This document shows positions 57,301 to 64,000 of a stretch of DNA of 64,000 nt, one piece after another. The notes beneath the pieces were generated by a model. That model saw only the letters and a program-made list of their open reading frames with translations. It had not been told where the DNA came from and made no database searches. Position 1 is the stretch's first letter, and every line of letters starts with the position of its first letter. The DNA comes from Bacteroidales bacterium UBA1205 (lineage in GTDB: Bacteria > Bacteroidota > Bacteroidia > Bacteroidales > WCHB1-69): the NCBI GenBank assembly GCA_002309615.1, contig DBXT01000056.1:3671-67670 (forward strand), in the 5' to 3' direction. The position numbers and the translations under genes were made by a program.

Positions 57301-60300
57301 TTGAAAAAAATCATCACCTATACACTTCTATTGTGTACATGTATCGGCTTGCACACAATAGTAAGAAGTAATAATAAGGTACTACAAAAAACATCGGTAT
57401 CACCGTATTTTTCCAATGTTGTATTATGGTATGCCCCCGACCCTGACAGTTCCGACCTTCGCACAAGCAGGCCTCCCCGAAATTATGACCCTTTCGGAAC
57501 CAATAGCAATAGCCCTTGGCATTTGAAAAATCCTTCTAATTTTTCCCGACAAATCACCTACAACCCCGCCACCAACTCCTATACTTTCCAAAACAAGATA
57601 GGAAACATTAACAACGGTCGACCTGCAAGCATGTCATTAGAAGATTATCTGGATTTTGACATATCCCAATCCATGAAAAATTATTGGAGAGAACGTTCCG
57701 GTGCCATAGGAGGCAACGAAAGCAGGGGTATTATTCCTCAAATACACGTACCGGGAGAAATATTTGAAAATATTTTCGGTAGCAATCTTATTGACATCCG
57801 ACCTTCCGGATCTATTGAATTATTTTTCAAATATGTACATACTTTCAACGACAACAAGGCTTTAGATGTTAAAAACAGAAAACAAAACATGTTTGATTTT
57901 GACGCGGATATCCAGCTGAATCTAAAAGCGAAAATAGGCGATAAAATCAATTATGACTTCAATTACAACACCAAAGCATCGTTTGATTTTGAAAACAAAT
58001 TCAAATTGGCCTATCAAGGTAAAGAAGACGACATTATTAAAGTTGCCGAGTTCGGTAATGTAAACATGCCGCTGAGCAGCTCGCTTATACAAGGTTCCCA
58101 AACATTGTTCGGGGGCAAGTTGCAAATGCAATTCGGCAAGCTAATGCTTACCACTGTTATCGCACGCCAAGACGGAGAAAAAAAATCAATTACCATATCC
58201 GGCGGTTCGGAATTGAACACTTTTGATTTTCGTGCCGATGAATATGAAGACAACAAGCACTTCTTTTTAGCTCAATATTTTTACGACCACTACAATGAAG
58301 CCTTGGAAACATTGCCACTGGTGAATTCCAAAATCAATATCACAAAAATAGAGGTTTGGAGAACTAACATAGGCGCTGCCGTAACCGAAAACAGAAACAT
58401 TATCGCCATTGCCGATTTAGGAGAACCCAATCCCAATCATAAAGGAATAAACAGAACCACCTCCAGAGAATATCCCGACAGCAATGCCAACGATTTGCTC
58501 AATGGCATCAATTATTCTCAATTACGCGATTTGAACACCGCATTCACCTATCTGAAAACTTATCGTGGCGGCATGAATTCCGGTACCGATTTCGAAAAAG
58601 TGGAATCGGCACGCCTGCTCTCCTCGTCGGAATATACTTTCAACGCCAAATTAGGATTTATATCCTTAAACAGCAAACTTAGTGCCGACCAAGTATTGGC
58701 AGTGGCATTTCAATACACCATTTTGGGTGACACCACAGTATATCAAGTAGGACAATTTTCCAATGAAGTGGAAACACCTAATTGCTTGGTGGTGAAATTG
58801 CTGAAGAGCACCTCGGTAAACACGCAATTACCTATGTGGAAATTGATGATGAAAAATGTGTATTCCCTTAACACCTATCAATTATCCAATGAAGATTTTC
58901 GGTTAAACATACTCTATAGAGGTGAAGAAGGCGGCATTGCAAAAGGTTATTTTTCCGACGTGGCAGAAGATTTGCAGGGCATCGCTCTCATTCGCCTATT
59001 GGGTATGGATAGATTAACCCGCCAATTGGAAGCCGCACCGGACGGATTATACGATTTTGTTGACAATGCAGCCACCGACGGCGGTACCATGCAATCCAAT
59101 ACCGGTAGGGTATACTTGCCTTTGGTAGAGCCTTTCGGAAAAGATTTACGCACTATCATGGCTTCAGACCCTGCTTCTGCGGAAAAATATGCTTTTGACT
59201 CGTTATACACCCAAACCAAAATATTAGCACAGCAAAATCCTGACAAAAATAAATTTTATTTGGAAGGAAGCTTTAAATCCACTGCCGGAGCAAGTGTTTC
59301 ATTGGGCATGACAAGTATAGCGGAAGGCTCGGTGGTGGTTACGGCAGGAGGTATTACCTTACAGGAAAACACCGATTACAAAGTAGATTACAACATGGGT
59401 ACCGTTACCATTACCAATGAAAGTTATATGAATTCCGGTACTCCCATTTCCATATCGGTGGAAAGTCAGAATATGTTCTCCCAAAAGAAAACATTCTTCG
59501 GCTTGAATGCGGAATATACTTTCAATAAAAACATAATGGCGGGCTTTACGGTATTGAATTTAAGAGAACGGCCTATTGATGGTACCGTAAAAGTGGATTT
59601 TGGAGAAGAACCCATTAATAATACCATTTGGGGTATGAATATGGCCTATCAAAAAAATTCCAGATGGATAACTAAAATATTGAATTATCTGCCGTTTTAT
59701 AGTTCCACCAACGATTCAAGATTTCAATTCAGCGGAGAGTTTGCCAACTTTGTTCCCGGGCACTCCCGACTGATAGGAAGAGGAAACAAAGCCGATTTAT
59801 ATATAGATGATTTTGAAGCATCCAAATCATCTTATGACTTGCGTTCCATGTTGATGTGGAAATTAGCCAGCACCCCGCAAGGACAAACGCAACGCAACAT
59901 GTTTCCGGAAGGAGCTACGGGAACAGCTTTAGCTTATGGCTATAACAGAGCTCTTTTAGCATGGCATATAATAGATCCTTTGTTCCACAACAAAGAAGAC
60001 GAAAGATATTTTAACGGTTCCATTGATGCCAATGCCCGTTCTCAAACCTATTCCAGAAGAGTAAAAGTGGTGGAAGTGTTTCCTAATCGACCGGTGGTTA
60101 CCACTTCCGGAGAAGACCCGTATATTTCGGTATTAGACCTTGCTTTTTATCCTAACGAAAGAGGTCCTTATAATTATGATGCACATCCTTCAGCCTACTC
60201 TTCCGGATTGAACTATGACGGCACTTTGGCTAACCCCAAGTCGCGTTGGGGCGGTATTATGCGTAAATTAGATATTACCGATTTTGAAACATCGAATATT

Positions 60301-63300
60301 GAATATATTGAATTTTGGATGTTAGACCCGTTTTTAGATTCAGGAAGCCATTCCGGCGGTAAATTTTATATCAACCTGGGCGATATATCCGAAGATATAC
60401 TCCGCGATGGACGTAAAAGTTATGAACACGGGTTGGCTGCTGACGGCAGTGACGACGGGGCCGATTACACGCTTTGGGGACGAGTTCCTATCAATCAATC
60501 TATAGTAAGTGCTTTTGACAACAGTATTTCCTCTCGGAGATACCAAGACGTGGGTTATGACGGTTTGTACGATTCCTTGGAAAGAGAACATTTTAGCAAC
60601 TATTTAGCTTCGGTAAAAGGGCTGGTTGATCCCAATGTGTTTTCTAAGTTCAACGATGACCCGTCAGGAGATAATTACCACTATTTCAGAGGATCGGACT
60701 ATGATGCAGCTTATTTATCCATATTAGACCGATATAAATACTACAATCAAGCAGAAGGCAACTCCCCTACCGACAACGACCAAACAGAATCCTACTCCAC
60801 ACAAGCCACCACCACACCCAACATGGAAGATATCAACAACGATAACACCATGAGCGAGGATGAGCGTTATTATCAATACGAAATGGAACTCACACCTGCC
60901 ACTATGAATGTAGGGGAAAATTACATTACCGATATACAGGAAAGTACTGTCAGCATGGCAAATGGTAGCGTGGAAAAAGTAAAATGGTACCAATTCAAAG
61001 TACCGGTACGCCAACCCGATTTGGTGGTGGGAGGAATATCTGGATTCAGCTCCATACGCTTTATCAGAATGTTTTTAAAAGGTTTTGAAGAACCTGTGGT
61101 ATTGCGTTTTGCTGCTTTGGAATTGGTAAGAGGCGACTGGCGAACCTATACCAAAGACTTACGCGAAGACGGTGCCTACCCGACTAACATATCCGATAAC
61201 ACAAGTTTTGAGGCTTCTACCTTAAGCTTGGAAGAAAATTCCAAACGCACCCCTATCCCGTATAAAATGCCTGCCGGTGTTGCCAGAGAAAAAACACTGG
61301 TAGGTCAATCGGAAAAAGAACTCAATGAACAAAGTTTAACATTAAAAGTTATCAACTTGTCGGATGGTGATGCCAGAGCCGTATATAAAAACACCAATTA
61401 CGACTATCGTCGTTTCGGTACTTTGAAATGTTATCTGCATGCAGAAAAAGTGGATGAATCCGACGCACTTAACAAAGGTGATGTTAAATTTTTCATCCGA
61501 TTAGGATCGGATTTCACGGAAAACTACTATGAGTACGAAGTTCCTTTCGACCTGACAGCATGGGGGGAAACAGATACTGCCAACATATGGCCGCAAAGCA
61601 ATTATATTAATATTGAATTGCAAAAATTAATAGATGCCAAACAAGAAAGAAATGTGGCCAATAGATATCAAGGAACCATTGCGCTTACCGACATATATTC
61701 CGTATGGGACGGCCAAAATAAAATAAGCGTAGTGGGAAGTCCTAATTTGGGAGATATAAAGGTGATAATGATGGGCTTACGCAACCCGAGAAAACAATCG
61801 CTTAACGACAATGACGACATGGACACCAAATCGGTGGAAGTATGGATTAACGAATTGCGATTGGGTAATTTTGAAGAAAAAGGAGGATGGGCTGCATTGG
61901 GCCAAGCCCGTTTGGATTTAGCCGATTTCGGCGATATATCCTTATCGGCAAGCATAACCACAGCAGGCTTTGGACCATTGGAATCGTCCACCTACGACAG
62001 AAGTCAGGAAACAACCACATCCATAGCCTTGTCCACCACCTTGCAGTTGGGTAAACTTTTACCGGAAAAATGGGCTGTGAGCATACCGTTGCATTATGAT
62101 TTTTCACGCATGGTGGCCTCTCCTGAATATAATCCGCTCAACCCTGATGTGAAATTGAAAAACGACCTGAAAACCTATCGTACAGAACAGGAAAAAGATT
62201 CCATTAAACGACAATCCACAAGCGTGGTGCAACGTCAAAATTTCAATTTGATGAACGTTCACAAAGACAAAGGAAATAGCGACAAAAAAGACCATTTTTG
62301 GAACTTGGAAAATTTTGATATATCGTACGCCTATACCGAAAAGAAAAGTTATGATATTGATATGGAATACGATAACGAAAAAACCCACAGAGGTTCTTTC
62401 GCTTATGTATACAATGCTAATCCAAAAAAATTACAACCTTTCAGCAAATTAAAAAAATACAAATGGTTACAACTTATTTCTGATATCAACCTCTACCCTT
62501 ACCCAAAATCTTTCTCGTTTGAAACAGATGTATATAGATTGTTCAGTGAGAGCAAAATTCGCAATAAATCCGTCGGGGATATCATCATAGAACCTACTTT
62601 TATTAAAGCTTTCGAGTGGAATAGGGATTACACTTTGCGTTGGGATATATGCGAAGGCCTAAAGGCTGACTTTAGAGCAACGGCAAAAGCATTGCTCACC
62701 GATCCCCAAGGCAGAATAGATTCCAAAGTGAAGAAAGACACTATATGGAGAAGTTTCGGTAACGGAGGAAAAATGAATGACTATACGCAAACATTCAATG
62801 CATCGTACCAAATACCTATCAACAAAATTCCTATTTTCAGTTTTATATCCAGCAATGTAAGCTATGCTTCCACCTATGCATGGACGGCAAGTGCGGAAGC
62901 TGTTTCTTACTTGGGTAATAATTTGGAAAACACCAATACCAAACGATTGAATGTTATTGCCAATTTTACCAATTTGTACAACAAATCAAAATACCTTCGT
63001 AAAGTAAACCAACGCACTTTTGGCGGCAGTCTCAAAGACAAACCAATAGTGAAAAAGAAACAAGATTCCAAAACTGCTCCTGACGTAAAGAACCCGAATA
63101 AAACGCAGCAAGATACTGTAAAACAAGGCGATAGCAAGAAACCTCAAGATAAAAAAGACAAAAAGAATGTCGGCAAAGAAGTGTTGGACAACATGCTGCG
63201 ACTAATGATGTTAGTCAAAAATGTATCGTTCGCATACACCGAAGGAAATGGTATTAATCTACCCGGATATACGCTCACACCTCAATTTATCGGATTAGAT

Positions 63301-64000
63301 CCGTCTCACAACGGAGCTCCGGGATTCCTATTTGCTTTCGGACATCAGGATGATGACTTAAGATTCCGAGCCGGTCAAAACGGATGGCTTACCAATAGTG
63401 ATTTGCTCAATACGCCTTATATAAGCAGACATAATACCAATTTAACCATGAAAGTGCAATTGGAACCTATCAAAGATTTAAAAATAGATATTACCGGTTC
63501 CCGCACTTATTCTTATATCAAACAGACCTATTATTTATGCGACTCCAATGGTGTATACGCCGATTATACCCCTCAAAACACCGGCGGTTTTTCCATTACC
63601 ACCGTTTGTATAGGTACCTTGTTTGAAAAAGATGCTTCGGGTAAACTCAATTTATTTACTTTCCGAGGAAAAAACAATACCAACTCTGACCTCACCGGCA
63701 CAAGCGACCGTTATAAGAGTACCAACTTTGAGAAATTCAAAAACAACCGTCTTACCATTGCCACCCGTTTGGCAGAATATAGAAAAGGTAAACGTGCTGA
63801 TTACGATATGGGAACGGAAAAATTCCCTGACGGATACGGAGAATTAAACCAAGATGTATTGATGTATTCATTCCTGGCTGCTTATACTGGCAGGAGTGCC
63901 GATAAACAGAATATTCAATCACCCTTTACTAAAATTCCTTTGCCCAATTGGCGTATAACGTATAATGGCATTACAAAGATTCCGGGGGTGAATAAAATTT
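57301..64000 (+). CDS. sprA: T9SS translocon / cell-surface protein SprA, 3'-partial (runs off the window), TTG start
   Basis: Not in the ORF track. My translation of frame 1 is open from the TAA at 57274 to base 64000 (at least 2233 codons). Spot checks at 57301-58380, 60001-60180, 63001-63060 and 63961-63999 showed no stop. N-terminus (M)KKIITYTLLLCTCIGL. Family-like blocks: SNLIDIRPSGSIELFF, KLAYQGKEDDIIKVAEFGNVNMPLSSSLIQGSQTLFGGKLQMQFGKL, HFFLAQYFYDHYNEALETLP, LDLAFYPNERGPYNYD. Confidence 0.85.
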   Translation, partial: MKKIITYTLLLCTCIGLHTIVRSNNKVLQKTSVSPYFSNVVLWYAPDPDSSDLRTSRPPRNYDPFGTNSNSPWHLKNPSNFSRQITYNPATNSYTFQNKIGNINNGRPASMSLEDYLDFDISQSMKNYWRERSGAIGGNESRGIIPQIHVPGEIFENIFGSNLIDIRPSGSIELFFKYVHTFNDNKALDVKNRKQNMFDFDADIQLNLKAKIGDKINYDFNYNTKASFDFENKFKLAYQGKEDDIIKVAEFGNVNMPLSSSLIQGSQTLFGGKLQMQFGKLMLTTVIARQDGEKKSITISGGSELNTFDFRADEYEDNKHFFLAQYFYDHYNEALETLPLVNSKINITKIEVWRTNIGAAVTENRNIIAIADLGEPNPNHKGINRTTSREYPDSNANDLLNGINYSQLRDLNTAFTYLKTYRGGMNSGTDFEKVESARLLSSSEYTFNAKLGFISLNSKLSADQVLAVAFQYTILGDTTVYQVGQFSNEVETPNCLVVKLLKSTSVNTQLPMWKLMMKNVYSLNTYQLSNEDFRLNILYRGEEGGIAKGYFSDVAEDLQGIALIRLLGMDRLTRQLEAAPDGLYDFVDNAATDGGTMQSNTGRVYLPLVEPFGKDLRTIMASDPASAEKYAFDSLYTQTKILAQQNPDKNKFYLEGSFKSTAGASVSLGMTSIAEGSVVVTAGGITLQENTDYKVDYNMGTVTITNESYMNSGTPISISVESQNMFSQKKTFFGLNAEYTFNKNIMAGFTVLNLRERPIDGTVKVDFGEEPINNTIWGMNMAYQKNSRWITKILNYLPFYSSTNDSRFQFSGEFANFVPGHSRLIGRGNKADLYIDDFEASKSSYDLRSMLMWKLASTPQGQTQRNMFPEGATGTALAYGYNRALLAWHIIDPLFHNKEDERYFNGSIDANARSQTYSRRVKVVEVFPNRPVVTTSGEDPYISVLDLAFYPNERGPYNYDAHPSAYSSGLNYDGTLANPKSRWGGIMRKLDITDFETSNIEYIEFWMLDPFLDSGSHSGGKFYINLGDISEDILRDGRKSYEHGLAADGSDDGADYTLWGRVPINQSIVSAFDNSISSRRYQDVGYDGLYDSLEREHFSNYLASVKGLVDPNVFSKFNDDPSGDNYHYFRGSDYDAAYLSILDRYKYYNQAEGNSPTDNDQTESYSTQATTTPNMEDINNDNTMSEDERYYQYEMELTPATMNVGENYITDIQESTVSMANGSVEKVKWYQFKVPVRQPDLVVGGISGFSSIRFIRMFLKGFEEPVVLRFAALELVRGDWRTYTKDLREDGAYPTNISDNTSFEASTLSLEENSKRTPIPYKMPAGVAREKTLVGQSEKELNEQSLTLKVINLSDGDARAVYKNTNYDYRRFGTLKCYLHAEKVDESDALNKGDVKFFIRLGSDFTENYYEYEVPFDLTAWGETDTANIWPQSNYINIELQKLIDAKQERNVANRYQGTIALTDIYSVWDGQNKISVVGSPNLGDIKVIMMGLRNPRKQSLNDNDDMDTKSVEVWINELRLGNFEEKGGWAALGQARLDLADFGDISLSASITTAGFGPLESSTYDRSQETTTSIALSTTLQLGKLLPEKWAVSIPLHYDFSRMVASPEYNPLNPDVKLKNDLKTYRTEQEKDSIKRQSTSVVQRQNFNLMNVHKDKGNSDKKDHFWNLENFDISYAYTEKKSYDIDMEYDNEKTHRGSFAYVYNANPKKLQPFSKLKKYKWLQLISDINLYPYPKSFSFETDVYRLFSESKIRNKSVGDIIIEPTFIKAFEWNRDYTLRWDICEGLKADFRATAKALLTDPQGRIDSKVKKDTIWRSFGNGGKMNDYTQTFNASYQIPINKIPIFSFISSNVSYASTYAWTASAEAVSYLGNNLENTNTKRLNVIANFTNLYNKSKYLRKVNQRTFGGSLKDKPIVKKKQDSKTAPDVKNPNKTQQDTVKQGDSKKPQDKKDKKNVGKEVLDNMLRLMMLVKNVSFAYTEGNGINLPGYTLTPQFIGLDPSHNGAPGFLFAFGHQDDDLRFRAGQNGWLTNSDLLNTPYISRHNTNLTMKVQLEPIKDLKIDITGSRTYSYIKQTYYLCDSNGVYADYTPQNTGGFSITTVCIGTLFEKDASGKLNLFTFRGKNNTNSDLTGTSDRYKSTNFEKFKNNRLTIATRLAEYRKGKRADYDMGTEKFPDGYGELNQDVLMYSFLAAYTGRSADKQNIQSPFTKIPLPNWRITYNGITKIPGVNKI

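Noticed and set aside
1-64000. Searched for CRISPR arrays, tRNA/rRNA genes, IS elements, integrases and phage or defence-island signatures.
   Set aside because: No direct-repeat/spacer periodicity and no T-loop-like GGTTCGAATCC-type motif in any gap over 70 nt. No transposase, recombinase or restriction-enzyme motifs in any ORF. The window reads as core chromosome.

Overview
This is a 64-kb chromosomal segment from a low-GC member of the Bacteroidota. Evidence for that placement: a type IX secretion (T9SS) gene, T9SS C-terminal sorting domains, TAnnTTTG -7 promoter boxes, and no Shine-Dalgarno sequences. I can support about 42 protein-coding genes, packed tightly and mostly housekeeping. From left to right they are: rfbA, aroA, a Pif1-like helicase, two C69 dipeptidases, a sigma-54 activator, an LptF/G permease, a transketolase N-subunit, an ABC-F ATPase, sufD, lgt, cysS, mpl, pyrD, rnz, a U32 peptidase, parC, yebC, radA, trmD, two rhomboid proteases, a malic enzyme and ruvA. 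I recognised no rRNA, tRNA, CRISPR array, transposase, integrase or phage gene. The largest gene, sprA (the T9SS translocon), is absent from the supplied ORF track. It starts at a TTG at 57301 and runs off the right edge of the window without a stop. Several ORF-track starts are TTG/GTG over-extensions; I corrected them using conserved N-termini and promoter boxes that lie inside the predicted N-termini. I do not see a self-contained defence island or mobile element. The least ordinary locus is 42.6-64 kb. It holds two tandem ~1600-aa PKD-repeat paralogs with gliding-type (type B) T9SS C-terminal domains and no adjacent PorP/SprF gene. Next to them is a GT-C (family-39-like) glycosyltransferase fused to TPR repeats, and sprA lies about 5 kb away. 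Lesser oddities are an orphan sigma-54 activator without a DNA-binding domain, a stand-alone Cas4-like nuclease, a lone sufD with a cysteine-rich tail, a tightly coupled rhomboid-rhomboid-EEP operon, and a 430-bp gap containing a gene remnant. All functional calls come from reading motifs by eye and need HMM or BLAST confirmation.
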